Notes: generated by a model not told the origin, from the sequence alone. A stretch of 64,000 nucleotides of DNA from Candidatus Saccharimonadota bacterium (GCA_024635455.1 JAGXIU010000003.1:354446-418445), one strand, 5' to 3'. Positions 9,739 to 19,369 are shown, numbered from the stretch's first letter. A program made the numbers and translations.

Positions 9739-10392
9739 ATGAGTAGAGCAATACTTTGTCGATATACAGCATGGCTATTGTTGTCTGCTGTAATACTAAT
9801 ACCGTTATTTTTGTGGTTAACGATATATCAATGGAGGCCAGTCATTTCACCGCTCGCGGTATTTCCTTTGTTAGGAGTTTGGGCATGGTCAATTATGTGG
9901 ACGCACTACGTATATGGCGCACTTCATATACAATTCCCTCGCACATTTGCGGTGCAGCATACCTACGACAGGCTCTCGGCTTGGCTCGTGTTATTGCTGA
10001 TTATTCTGCACCCGGCGCTACTCGCTTGGGAGCAAAAAAATCAGCTCAGTATCCTCCCACCAGAGAGCTTTTATGCGTATGTTTCGCCGTCGCTTGAACT
10101 ATATATATTATTTGGCTCAGTAGGATTATTACTGTTTTTGTCCTATGAGTTTTTTAACAGATTGCGCACAAAGCCACTTCTCCGTCGGCACTGGTTTTGG
10201 GTAAGCCTATCTCAAGTGGGCGCAATGATACTCATATTCGTACATGGTCTTCGTATAGGTCAAACAGTACTATCTGGTTGGGGTGAAGTCTACTGGTTTG
10301 TTCTAGGAGTTAGCTTACTGCCGGCACTTATTATTGTGGCAACTGCTGACTGGAGGAACCAACAAGAGTATAGGGCAATGCTAGCGAAGTAA
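9739..10392 (+). CDS. multi-pass membrane protein, possibly ferric-reductase/YedZ-like heme-binding domain
   Basis: 6 TM segments with conserved-looking intramembrane His (WTHYVYGALH, ILHPALL, FVHGLRIG). Weak call. Confidence 0.35.
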   Translation: MSRAILCRYTAWLLLSAVILIPLFLWLTIYQWRPVISPLAVFPLLGVWAWSIMWTHYVYGALHIQFPRTFAVQHTYDRLSAWLVLLLIILHPALLAWEQKNQLSILPPESFYAYVSPSLELYILFGSVGLLLFLSYEFFNRLRTKPLLRRHWFWVSLSQVGAMILIFVHGLRIGQTVLSGWGEVYWFVLGVSLLPALIIVATADWRNQQEYRAMLAK

Positions 10393-10441
10393 TCGAGTCA
10401 AAAAAAATAAATTTCTTAATGTTTGTTATAATAGGTCAAAT

Positions 10442-11515
10442 ATGAAGCAGTTAGCGAAGAATAAGCCGTCACGAGCACTCACCATAACTACCCTATTAGC
10501 GCTCATTGTTGGTGCACTTTTTCTGGCTCCATTTTTTGGCATTATCGTTACGTCTTTGATTGTTGCCTTTAGCTTTTCTCCGGTCTACAAGCGTATACAT
10601 GGTCGCGTAAAAAGCGAGCAAGCTGCCGCTGGCCTAACACTCATAGCTGCAATATTAACAGTAGTTGTTCCCATCATACTCGTGGTGAGCGTAACCGTGA
10701 GCCAAGCACGCACGTTATCTACAGACATACAGTCAGTAGTATTAACTGAATCACTACAGGCCAATCCAACAACTGTAATTGACACCGCAGTCGACTACAT
10801 ATCATCACTTACCGGTGGTCTGGTTACATTGGAGCCGAGCCAGATACAAGACACATTGGGCTCAGCTGGGTCACAGCTCGCCAGCCAAAGCGCACAATTA
10901 CTCGGTGGCTTAATAGGTAGTGTGTCTGGAATGATTACAGCGGTGGTATTATTTGTCTATATTTTTCTCGGTGTGCTCTCGCAGCAGAAGGCTTTGATAG
11001 GTTTTATTAAAAAACTCAATCCACTCGGCGATGATGTAGCTGATTTATATCTAAAACGTGCTGGCGCTATGACGAATGGCATGGTTCGCGGTCAATTTAT
11101 TATTGCACTTGCACAAGGTGTTATTGGTGCTATCACACTTTGGATTGCTGGTGTACCGTATATAGCGTTCTTCTTTCTCGCGCTTACATTTTTGTCTATT
11201 ATACCGCTCGGCGGAGGTATCTTGAGTATACCAATTGGTATTGGCTTATTGCTGCTGGGTAACATATGGCAAGGCCTAGTGGTGCTACTAGGTCACTTCT
11301 TACTTGTAGCAAATGTAGATAATCTATTGCGACCAGCCCTCATTCCAAAGGAGGCTCGCCTCCCATCAGCACTAACGCTACTGAGCGTCTTTGCCGGGTT
11401 AGCTACGTTTGGTTTTCTTGGGATTATAGTGGGTCCTATTATTATGATACTCATTGTGACGACGCTGGAAGTTTACGCATCAATTCAAGAAAATAGCTCG
11501 AAAAGCACTGCATAG
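10442..11515 (+). CDS. AI-2E family transporter (PerM/UPF0118)
   Basis: 357 aa, 8 TM topology, C-terminal LLSVFAGLATFGFLGIIVGPII motif typical of the family. Confidence 0.8.
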   Translation: MKQLAKNKPSRALTITTLLALIVGALFLAPFFGIIVTSLIVAFSFSPVYKRIHGRVKSEQAAAGLTLIAAILTVVVPIILVVSVTVSQARTLSTDIQSVVLTESLQANPTTVIDTAVDYISSLTGGLVTLEPSQIQDTLGSAGSQLASQSAQLLGGLIGSVSGMITAVVLFVYIFLGVLSQQKALIGFIKKLNPLGDDVADLYLKRAGAMTNGMVRGQFIIALAQGVIGAITLWIAGVPYIAFFFLALTFLSIIPLGGGILSIPIGIGLLLLGNIWQGLVVLLGHFLLVANVDNLLRPALIPKEARLPSALTLLSVFAGLATFGFLGIIVGPIIMILIVTTLEVYASIQENSSKSTA

Positions 11516-11570
11516 AATAGCTCGATTATTCAACCTTAATAAGAATTCGTATACATAAGACGAGGCGGAC

Positions 11571-11966
11571 ATGCTTAGAACTAAAAGTTTCCTGGACGAA
11601 AAAGAGCCGATCGACGGATTACGTATATCAGTAATGCGCAATCACCTGAAGCCTGGAACATTACAGCCAGACCCTGATATACCGGATGATGCGTATGATT
11701 TATGGAAGCCAAGCTTTGCACCGAAAGTAGGTTTACTCAATGAACTCAGAAATGATGAGATTTCTTGGGAAGACTTTTCTGAGGAGTACCGTGAGTACCT
11801 AAGGCACCCGATGAACGGAGTACGGATGCATCAGCTCGCACAAATTGCGCTAGAAGAGACAGTAACCTTACTTAGTAAAGAAGCGGATCCAGAGCATTCT
11901 TATCGGACTATTATCGCGAATTGCATTAGTCAGCTTTATCCGAAATTAGAAACTGAACTAAAATAA
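11571..11966 (+). CDS. DUF488 (YeaO-like) family protein
   Basis: DGLRISVMRNH...DLWKPSFAPKVGLLNELR...ISWEDFSEEYREYL follows the YeaO pattern. Confidence 0.55.
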   Translation: MLRTKSFLDEKEPIDGLRISVMRNHLKPGTLQPDPDIPDDAYDLWKPSFAPKVGLLNELRNDEISWEDFSEEYREYLRHPMNGVRMHQLAQIALEETVTLLSKEADPEHSYRTIIANCISQLYPKLETELK

Positions 11967-11973
11967 CCTGGTA

Positions 11974-13815
11974 CTACACTGAAGATTGCTGGCGCCGGAT
12001 ACGCCAATTACGGATATCGTGTCTCCACTCCCAAACACCATAGCCAACAGCAAAGCTCATCATGGCAAGCGCTAATGTCCAGTTAGAGTCATCCTCAACA
12101 GTTGGCACTGCTATGTCTTGTACGCCCATGACATCACTGTTTGGTGTTGCTACATTACGGCAGCGGTTCGTCTCTGGGTTACGCTCCTGGTGAGGCTCGC
12201 ATGGCACAAGATTTGAGCTAGCTGAAGTGATATTGCGGCAGCGGTTCGTTTCCGGGTTTCTTTCCTGGTCTTCATCACATGGCACTAATTGGCGCTGTTG
12301 ACGACCAACAGTTCTACAGCGATTAGTCTGCGGATTTCTTTCCTGATTCGGGCCACATGGAACATAGTTTGGGCCAGAATTTATACTACGACAGCGGTTG
12401 GTTTCTGGATTTCGTTCCTGACCCTCGAGACAGGGTGTTAATGTCTTAGTCTCAGTACTACGACATCGATTTGTCTCTGGGTTACGCTCCTGGTTCTCTT
12501 GTGGGCATGGCTTCAACGGTAACTCCTGGTTATAATTACCTGGAGATATGTCATAGGTTTCCTGCCAGTCATCTTGGCCAAACCAGGCCCAAGCGGCAGC
12601 TTCTGGCATATCTATTGGGTATGTCACGGTCTCTATTTCTTCCTCATCTTGATTAAGCAGGTAGACGGTGCCACTTGGCGAAACCGGTAACTGAATCTGT
12701 GTATCTTCTTCGTAGAATGCAACGTATGTTTCTGGCTGCATAAGAGTATCCTCAAGCCAATAGATATCATCGTTCGCGGTCGTCTGCAGACCACAACCGA
12801 GCAAAGGAATGGCTTCATTAGTCGGATTATAAAGCTCTATGAAAGCGTTTTCTTCACGTGGGAATTCAGACCGCGGACCTTGCGGGTTTGGCAATAGCTC
12901 AGAAAACACCACTCCTTCACAATACAGTTCTTCTACTGCTTCCTCTGTGTCTTCTGCGTCAGTTGTATCATCTGTGGCTTGATCTTCCGTGACAGATTCA
13001 TCATCAGTATGTTGATCAGTCTGAGTTTCTTCGTCTTCATTATCATCAGTTGATGAATCAGTGCTATCATCGTCTTCGCCAGCTTCTTCCTCGGAATTAT
13101 CGTCGACGCCCTCATCGGGTTCGGCCTCTTTGTCATCAGACACTTCATCAGCATTATTAGTCGGTGGTACTTGGTTGATTGGAGATTCCACAGATAGTAC
13201 TTGAAAGTCTGTCATATTGTCATAGGTGTTTTGCGGATCGCCACTATCAGTAAATATTCGCTGCAAGACAGTTCCCCTTTCAGCTGCAGGTGCGGCTACG
13301 CCAAGAGGGCTATCAGCCGCAGCGCCCCAGCCAAGTTGGTCAATCACCCACCAGCTATCTTCCTCTGTAGTATCAGGCATTGAAAGCCTTATATGTCCAC
13401 TGCTCTCGGCAGAGCCAGCTGCAATCTTTGCGTGCGGATCTGCGTCAGGAAATGCATCGAGGTAGTTATTTGAAGCTAGAAAAAGAAAACTATATGGCTC
13501 AACAATAAATGACGCGCCCTCTGCTTGCGTGCTTAATAGTTTATCGCTCCAGTTTCCGCCAGTACCGGGTTTGTACTCTAACCGCCAATCAGATATATCA
13601 ACTGGCTCATCTGTCTCGTTATACAAAACCAAGTACTCACTACTTGCATCAGCCGTACTGCGTGTCTGCAGCTCAACAATATGCAGACCATGATGAACCA
13701 AAACAGGTGTTTCTGTATTTGCGCGAACCGCCGATATGAATTGAAGTGGAATCGCTATTATAAAACTAATAGCCACAATAACAGACGTAACGGTATTCGG
13801 CATACTGCTGGACAT
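11974..13815 (-). CDS. membrane-anchored surface protein with two lamin-tail-domain (LTD)-like modules, an acidic linker and five Cys-bounded repeats
   Basis: N-terminal signal/TM. LTD-like EYLVLYNETDEPVDISDWRL and AFIELYNPTNEAIPLLGCGL. D/E/T-rich linker. 5x PC-x(3-5)-QERNPxTNRCR. C-terminal TM plus basic tail. Confidence 0.6.
   Translation of the reverse strand: MSSSMPNTVTSVIVAISFIIAIPLQFISAVRANTETPVLVHHGLHIVELQTRSTADASSEYLVLYNETDEPVDISDWRLEYKPGTGGNWSDKLLSTQAEGASFIVEPYSFLFLASNNYLDAFPDADPHAKIAAGSAESSGHIRLSMPDTTEEDSWWVIDQLGWGAAADSPLGVAAPAAERGTVLQRIFTDSGDPQNTYDNMTDFQVLSVESPINQVPPTNNADEVSDDKEAEPDEGVDDNSEEEAGEDDDSTDSSTDDNEDEETQTDQHTDDESVTEDQATDDTTDAEDTEEAVEELYCEGVVFSELLPNPQGPRSEFPREENAFIELYNPTNEAIPLLGCGLQTTANDDIYWLEDTLMQPETYVAFYEEDTQIQLPVSPSGTVYLLNQDEEEIETVTYPIDMPEAAAWAWFGQDDWQETYDISPGNYNQELPLKPCPQENQERNPETNRCRSTETKTLTPCLEGQERNPETNRCRSINSGPNYVPCGPNQERNPQTNRCRTVGRQQRQLVPCDEDQERNPETNRCRNITSASSNLVPCEPHQERNPETNRCRNVATPNSDVMGVQDIAVPTVEDDSNWTLALAMMSFAVGYGVWEWRHDIRNWRIRRQQSSV
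12157..12510 (-). repeat. five tandem coding repeats (PC..QERNPETNRCR units) inside the LTD protein gene
   Basis: The near-identical DNA core GTTACGCTCCTGG...CGGTTCGTCTCTGGG recurs five times on the + strand. Confidence 0.85.
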
Positions 13816-13942
13816 GGTACCTTCTATAAAAATAAATGCAAATGACTAAAACATCAGACAAAAAAGTGCATGGTATAGTGTTACGTAAGACTGCCATGAA
13901 CTGGTAGTTAAAGATTCATTAAAAAAAGAAGGGTTTAATCAT

Positions 13943-14512
13943 ATGCTAAAGAAAATAATTGACGAAACCAAAGATGCAGTAGTTTCTGCAGTACAAGGAG
14001 TAGATGACATCCTTAGTGCTATTACTGGTGCGGTAAAAAATCAGGTCGTAAGTGTATTAAATGGAGTCGGCGAAGTTGGTGGGTCTGCCATAGAAGCAGT
14101 TGCCTCAATTACTAGCGGCGCCATTAAAGGAGCTGGTGACGTTGGCGAATCAGCTACTGATACGATTTCAAACACAATGAGTGGTGTCGTAAAGGGCGCC
14201 AGTGAAGTTGGTACATCAGTAATTGACGCTGTCCGTGGTGGCGTTCAAGGTATCGTTCAGGCGACAGCAGAAACGGGTGGAGATGTTGGAGAGGCAGCAG
14301 TATCAGCAGTCCGTGGTGCGATTAAAGCTGCTGGTGAGGCCGGTACTGATACAGCTGAGGCTACAAAGTCAGCAGTTGGTGGCGCTCTAGACGCTGCTAC
14401 AACAGTCGGTGGTGATGCAGTCGAAAAAGTTCGAGATGCATTGCTCTCAACCGCAGAACTACCGCGAGATGTCATCGAATCTGCTCTAAAAGGTTCTGAC
14501 AAAGATCAATAA
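13943..14512 (+). CDS. hypothetical Gly/Ala/Val-rich protein built from seven 22-residue repeats
   Basis: Residues 19-172 split exactly into 7 x 22 aa (for example GVGEVGGSAIEAVASITSGAIK / GAGDVGESATDTISNTMSGVVK). Followed by a strong terminator. Confidence 0.55.
   Translation: MLKKIIDETKDAVVSAVQGVDDILSAITGAVKNQVVSVLNGVGEVGGSAIEAVASITSGAIKGAGDVGESATDTISNTMSGVVKGASEVGTSVIDAVRGGVQGIVQATAETGGDVGEAAVSAVRGAIKAAGEAGTDTAEATKSAVGGALDAATTVGGDAVEKVRDALLSTAELPRDVIESALKGSDKDQ
13997..14458 (+). repeat. 7 x 66-nt in-frame tandem repeat
   Basis: Periodicity read directly from the translation. Confidence 0.8.
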
Positions 14513-14530
14513 AGATACGTATTCTTACAA

Positions 14531-14562
14531 AATAACCCCTGCTTCAGGGGTTATTTTTTTTG
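14531..14562 (+). terminator. rho-independent terminator
   Basis: AATAACCCCTG-CTTC-AGGGGTTATT hairpin followed by T8. Confidence 0.85.
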
Positions 14563-14614
14563 TTACAGCGGAGACTGAAGTGCGAAAGTCGATTTAGTGG
14601 TTTATACTGTAGAT

Positions 14615-15289
14615 ATGAGCCAAATTTATTGCAGTAATTGCGGCAAGCTGATTCGATCATCATCAAACTTTTGCCAATTTTGCGGCGCTGCACAGCATGG
14701 TGAAGTAGCAATGTCACAAAAAATTACAGCCCAACGTCAGCCTCGTACCCCGAATAATGATTCTATTATCAATCCAGAAGAATGCATCGCTAAACGACGA
14801 CTATGCCAGCGTGCAGTTTGGTCGTTTTTCCTAAGTTACGTCGGAAAAACTAGCCTACTCTTAGTACTGTTCCTTATTGGAATTGCTTTCGAGCCGATAC
14901 TGTTTGGTTCTGTATTGATTGTCTATGTATTATTACTCTATTTAGCAGCAGTTATTGTTCGACAAAATTACTACTTTGAAGTAAACACGTCATCTTTCCG
15001 AAAAGAGCATGGTGTCATCCATAAAATTGATGTAACTATACCGTTTAACCGGATCCAGAATGTCAATGTAACACGCAGTTTAGGCGATAGGATATTAGGC
15101 TTAGCCCGAATCGATATAGAATCAGCAGGAAGTTCACACACAAATACACAAAATAGACTTAATAGTAGTGGCTCATTAGCAGAAGGCCACCTTCCTGGTG
15201 TCACATTAACTCAAGCCGAAGAAATACACGATTTATTGCTAGACCGATTTAGCAAAATCCAAAACAACAACCAGCGAACAAGCCCTTAA
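14615..15289 (+). CDS. zinc-ribbon plus bacterial PH (bPH_2/YdbS-YdbT-like, DUF304) membrane protein
   Basis: N-terminal CSNCG...CQFCG zinc ribbon, two TM helices, then YYFEVNTSSFRKEHGVIHKIDVTIPFNRIQNVNVTRSLGDRILGLARIDIESAG. Start moved to the ATG at 14615. Confidence 0.65.
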   Translation: MSQIYCSNCGKLIRSSSNFCQFCGAAQHGEVAMSQKITAQRQPRTPNNDSIINPEECIAKRRLCQRAVWSFFLSYVGKTSLLLVLFLIGIAFEPILFGSVLIVYVLLLYLAAVIVRQNYYFEVNTSSFRKEHGVIHKIDVTIPFNRIQNVNVTRSLGDRILGLARIDIESAGSSHTNTQNRLNSSGSLAEGHLPGVTLTQAEEIHDLLLDRFSKIQNNNQRTSP

Positions 15290-15318
15290 TTCATCCTTCT
15301 GTGACGAGTATAGTCGGA

Positions 15319-16002
15319 TTAACTGTCTTTTCGTTGTATCTCTTCGTAAAGAAAGTAGTTGCTGGCCAAGCCGACAACTGCTCCGAGTAAAGCTACACCA
15401 AATACCATCAAAAACATAGCAGTTACCCGACCGGCGTGCGTGACCGGATAAATATCTCCGTAGCCTACGCTCGTTGCTGTGACGACTGCCCACCATAGCG
15501 CGTCAAAATACGTATTTATATGGTAGTTTAGCGAAGATTCAAACATATAAAAAGCCGATGATGCGACAAATATAACAATCGTTGAGAATAAAGCGATAAA
15601 GATGTAGCGCGAACTATTGCGCGAGATATGCTCGGTTGTCTCACTTAGCTTACGGATTCGTGCATACAGTCGAACGGTTCGCATCAGCCGTATCAATTGG
15701 ACTGAACGTAGAGCCTGGTACGTTCCGCCGGTGATTGGGATTGAAGCGAGGAGTAAATACCAATTCTGTTTGAAATATTTTTTTCGGTTCGACGCCGTAA
15801 AAAATTCATACATAAAGTCTGCTAAAAATACAAAAGCAATAAATATATCGAGTGTATATACTACCCGTAACTGAGCGTTACTAAACTCTGAGCTCAATTC
15901 CAAAACAAGCATAGCTGCTGAGAGAATGGCTAATCCGCTTATAGCAACATCACGTGCTATTGATTGCCGATGTGGAAGCAACTGAACGACAAGTTTTTTC
16001 AT
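15319..16002 (-). CDS. voltage-gated-type potassium channel (ion transport family)
   Basis: Selectivity filter TATSVGYGD, S4-like segment with regularly spaced Arg (LRSVQLIRLMRTVRLYARIRKL), 6 TM. Confidence 0.8.
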   Translation of the reverse strand: MKKLVVQLLPHRQSIARDVAISGLAILSAAMLVLELSSEFSNAQLRVVYTLDIFIAFVFLADFMYEFFTASNRKKYFKQNWYLLLASIPITGGTYQALRSVQLIRLMRTVRLYARIRKLSETTEHISRNSSRYIFIALFSTIVIFVASSAFYMFESSLNYHINTYFDALWWAVVTATSVGYGDIYPVTHAGRVTAMFLMVFGVALLGAVVGLASNYFLYEEIQRKDS

Positions 16003-16042
16003 GTAACTATTATAGCAATGTAGTGGATTTTTTTCATAAACG

Positions 16043-16384
16043 CTAACAGGGTACTTGACCGCCGCGTCTATCAGGCTGACCCACCTTATCTGATGAATAA
16101 TCCCTCACGACCGAACTTTCGCATGCTGACAAACCAATCGTTCTCTCAAGACGCTGACGGACACATGTGACAGCTTCCTCACTCGGTGTAAACTCCCTGT
16201 TTAGGTGCTGCAAGCTACTAGTAACCTGAAATACCAGCTCATCTAGGTCATCCTGACTTGTAACATCATAGACACGAGCAAGGTCATTAAGCGCGTCAGA
16301 AAATAAAATATCTTTTGTAGGATTTTCTGCTTTACTAACTGGTTCTTGGCGTTGTTGGCTTAGCCCCTTTTCTGGCATATGCAT
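16043..16384 (-). CDS. hypothetical protein
   Basis: ORF only. Confidence 0.35.
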   Translation of the reverse strand: MHMPEKGLSQQRQEPVSKAENPTKDILFSDALNDLARVYDVTSQDDLDELVFQVTSSLQHLNREFTPSEEAVTCVRQRLERTIGLSACESSVVRDYSSDKVGQPDRRGGQVPC

Positions 16385-16401
16385 GGGTAGTTCTCCTTTT
16401 T

Positions 16402-16445
16402 CAAATTAAAAATCCGAGGTTCCTGTTGTGCGGAAGCCTCGGATT
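16402..16445 (-). terminator. putative rho-independent terminator
   Basis: Hairpin ATCCGAGGCTTCC...GGAACCTCGGAT followed by a T-rich tract on the minus strand. Confidence 0.45.
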
Positions 16446-16603
16446 ATATTTCTATTTGTCGTATTTTTAGGAAGCTTCAGTACGCACTTGAGCGCCAATA
16501 ATAATACCACTTGTTAGATTTGTGGTTTGGTAAGATTGGGCTGGTGCGAACTGAGCTACCATAGGTACATATTTACACGGCGCACCCGCTAAGTCAATAT
16601 GGT

Positions 16604-17059
16604 TCATGGACCATCTGTTGAGTGAGTCGCGTATGTATATACAACAGCTGCTACGAAACCAGTTATAAGACCGCCCCACAAAACATCAATCACTACTATG
16701 TGTGGCGGCCAAGCAGAAATTGTTGCGTAATTCGTTAATTCGTACGTGCCGTATGCCAGCATCCCTAGAATAGACCCCTTTATGAGCGTCTGAAGAACAG
16801 AAAGCTTGGCTTGCGCGGCTGGCTTTATTACTAATATAACGATACCGATTGCATACGCAATATAGAATACCGCAGCAGCTAGCAACCTGGGCGAATCACT
16901 AATTATGGACTCGAGAGCTGGTTGATATACCAATGGAGTCATAGCACTCAACCATACTGCATCAATACCGAGAAAAAGCGTGATTGCCAACCCGTATACT
17001 GATAATTTCATATGTTCATATGGTACCATCGCCGGTGGTTTTGTCATATTTGTTACCAT
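16604..17059 (-). CDS. DUF2177-like membrane protein
   Basis: 4 TM. LGIDAVWLSAMTPLVYQP pattern recalled from DUF2177. Confidence 0.45.
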   Translation of the reverse strand: MVTNMTKPPAMVPYEHMKLSVYGLAITLFLGIDAVWLSAMTPLVYQPALESIISDSPRLLAAAVFYIAYAIGIVILVIKPAAQAKLSVLQTLIKGSILGMLAYGTYELTNYATISAWPPHIVVIDVLWGGLITGFVAAVVYTYATHSTDGP

Positions 17060-17093
17060 GGTAGTACTAAGCTAGATAATATAGAGGAGACGT

Positions 17094-17726
17094 ATGCGCG
17101 TATCATTTTTTGTTGACCCAAGTTGTCCATTCTGCTGGATCACGAGCCGTTGGCTGAGTGAGATAGCAGAAGAACGTAATATAGAAATCAGTTGGGAGCT
17201 TTTTAGTCTCGCCTACAAAAACGATGAACTGAGCAGTGAGACATCTGGAGGCAAAACACAAGGCCACCTTGCCGGGCAACGCATCTTGCGTGTCATGGAG
17301 CAAGCATCTGCAGAAGGCGCTTCAATCGCATCACTCTACCGTGATTTTGGTAAACTACGATTTATTGATAATAAAGCCTATGATAACCAAGCTATTCAAA
17401 CAGTACTGGCCAAAAATAACTTACCAGAACAGTTATTAGAAGCCGCTGATGACACGTCAATTGATGAGAGAATAATTGCATCGACTGATCAGGCCGCAGC
17501 AGTTGTTGGCGATGACATCGGTGTGCCAACAATCGTTTTTCATCAGGATGATGGTTCTCGGCGTGGTTTTTTCGGCCCTGTGCTAACAAAACTACCCAGT
17601 ACAGAAGAAGGGCTTCAGTTATGGGATGGATTGGTCTCGCTGGTGACAGTCACGGCGTTTTGTGAGCTTAAGCGCGGTAGAGATAGCGACCTAGATACAA
17701 CATCTACTGCTCGTCTATTTTCGTAA
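17094..17726 (+). CDS. DsbA-family thioredoxin-fold oxidoreductase
   Basis: N-terminal CPFCW active-site motif in a roughly 200-aa DsbA-like frame; later GVPTIVF. Confidence 0.7.
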   Translation: MRVSFFVDPSCPFCWITSRWLSEIAEERNIEISWELFSLAYKNDELSSETSGGKTQGHLAGQRILRVMEQASAEGASIASLYRDFGKLRFIDNKAYDNQAIQTVLAKNNLPEQLLEAADDTSIDERIIASTDQAAAVVGDDIGVPTIVFHQDDGSRRGFFGPVLTKLPSTEEGLQLWDGLVSLVTVTAFCELKRGRDSDLDTTSTARLFS

Positions 17727-17749
17727 CTCAGTAGTTAAAGACCAATTTC

Positions 17750-18052
17750 TTAAATATGCGTAATGCGTGTTTGCAGCACGCTCTCGTATTCCGGGAAGTA
17801 ACGGCTAATGATAGGCAAATCAAATGTATCGAGAATAGCTTGTTGAGGTTCATGCTCGAGTAAAAACATAAATGACTCTCTGATTAGCCTATCAGGTAAA
17901 ACTGCTCCGTTGGTTAATTGCTTATAGTATTGCTCATTGAGCGAAACTGTGTGATTCGTAGTATTAGAGTCTCGACCGATAATGGTAACTCGAAACAGTG
18001 CATCAGGAAACTCTTGCAGTTTCTTGATTGTAATGTCTGTCTTCTGCGGCAT
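17750..18052 (-). CDS. hypothetical protein
   Basis: ORF 6 nt downstream of purA; no motif recognised. Confidence 0.4.
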   Translation of the reverse strand: MPQKTDITIKKLQEFPDALFRVTIIGRDSNTTNHTVSLNEQYYKQLTNGAVLPDRLIRESFMFLLEHEPQQAILDTFDLPIISRYFPEYESVLQTRITHI

Positions 18053-18058
18053 TGTAAG

Positions 18059-19327
18059 CTATGACTTGTTTATAGTTTGATTTCTATCAGGGCCAACCGA
18101 AACAGCTGAGATAGGGAGACTGATTTTATCCTCAATATATGCAATGTAGTCACGCATCTGTTCAGGAATGTCTTTCCATTTTTCTATTTTAGTTATGTCG
18201 TCTTTCCAGCCTGGAAACGCCTTATAAACTGGCTCTGTGAATTCGTTCATATCAAATGGCACTGTATCCTGCTTCTGCCCATCTCGAATATACTGCTCAC
18301 ACACCTTAACCTCTTCAAAACCAGATAATACATCGCCCTTCATCATATATAGCTCGGTTACGCCGCTTAGCATACAGGCATATTTCAGTGCAACGATATC
18401 TAGCCAACCACAACGGCGTTCCCTGCCAGTAGTAGCGCCGAATTCATTGCCTTGCCGTTGAATTGCTTCGCCGATGTCTCCGTCAAGTTCGGTCGGGAAT
18501 AATCCGCCGCCTACTCGTGTGCAGTAGGCTTTAAATACTCCAAATACTGAGCCAATGTCACTTGGAGCAATACCCAAACCTGTACACGCACCGCTCGCAA
18601 TAGTTGTCGATGAAGTTACATATGGATATGAGCCGAACTCAATATCGAGTAATGTGCCTTGAGCACCTTCAGCTAAGATTCGCTTTCCAGCATCCAACTG
18701 CTCTCTGAGATAATATTCACTATCCACTATTTGGAGTGAGCGCAACAGCTCAATGGCCCCATACCAGTGCTCCATACTGGCCTCGATATCATGGGGGAAG
18801 CCCATCCAGTCAAGTAATTCAATATGCTTTTTGATAAGTTTCTGTAACTTATCTTCAAAGTCAGGTAATAATATATCGCCAACCCTGATGCCACTGCGAG
18901 CCATCTTGTCGGTATAAGTAGGTCCGATGCCGCGCAGTGTACTACCTATAGCTGCTTTGCCTTTGCGTTTTTCGTGTGCTGCATCAAGTAATTTATGAGT
19001 TGGCAAAATTAAATGCGTTTTTTTTGAAATAAGTAGCTTGTTACTTACGTCTACCTGAGCCAATTTAAGCATGGCGACTTCTTCTTGTAATACGAGTGGA
19101 TCAAGAACGACACCGTTACCTATCAGATTAATGGTCTCATCTTGAAATATTCCAGAAGGTATAGAATGTAGAACGTATTTCTTATCATCAAATACAAGCG
19201 TATGTCCTGCATTTGGCCCGCCCTGAAATCGGGCTACAATATCATAGTCACGCGCCAGGACGTCGACAATCTTGCCCTTACCTTCATCGCCCCACTGCAA
19301 CCCTAATAATACGTCTACTTTGCTCAC
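18059..19327 (-). CDS. purA: adenylosuccinate synthase
   Basis: QWGDEGKGK P-loop, GPNAGHT, GIGPTY, TTGRERRCGW motifs. GTG start. Confidence 0.95.
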   Translation of the reverse strand: MSKVDVLLGLQWGDEGKGKIVDVLARDYDIVARFQGGPNAGHTLVFDDKKYVLHSIPSGIFQDETINLIGNGVVLDPLVLQEEVAMLKLAQVDVSNKLLISKKTHLILPTHKLLDAAHEKRKGKAAIGSTLRGIGPTYTDKMARSGIRVGDILLPDFEDKLQKLIKKHIELLDWMGFPHDIEASMEHWYGAIELLRSLQIVDSEYYLREQLDAGKRILAEGAQGTLLDIEFGSYPYVTSSTTIASGACTGLGIAPSDIGSVFGVFKAYCTRVGGGLFPTELDGDIGEAIQRQGNEFGATTGRERRCGWLDIVALKYACMLSGVTELYMMKGDVLSGFEEVKVCEQYIRDGQKQDTVPFDMNEFTEPVYKAFPGWKDDITKIEKWKDIPEQMRDYIAYIEDKISLPISAVSVGPDRNQTINKS

Positions 19328-19369
19328 AAATATTAGTATACCAGCTCAAAACGACTTATTGCCTATTTA

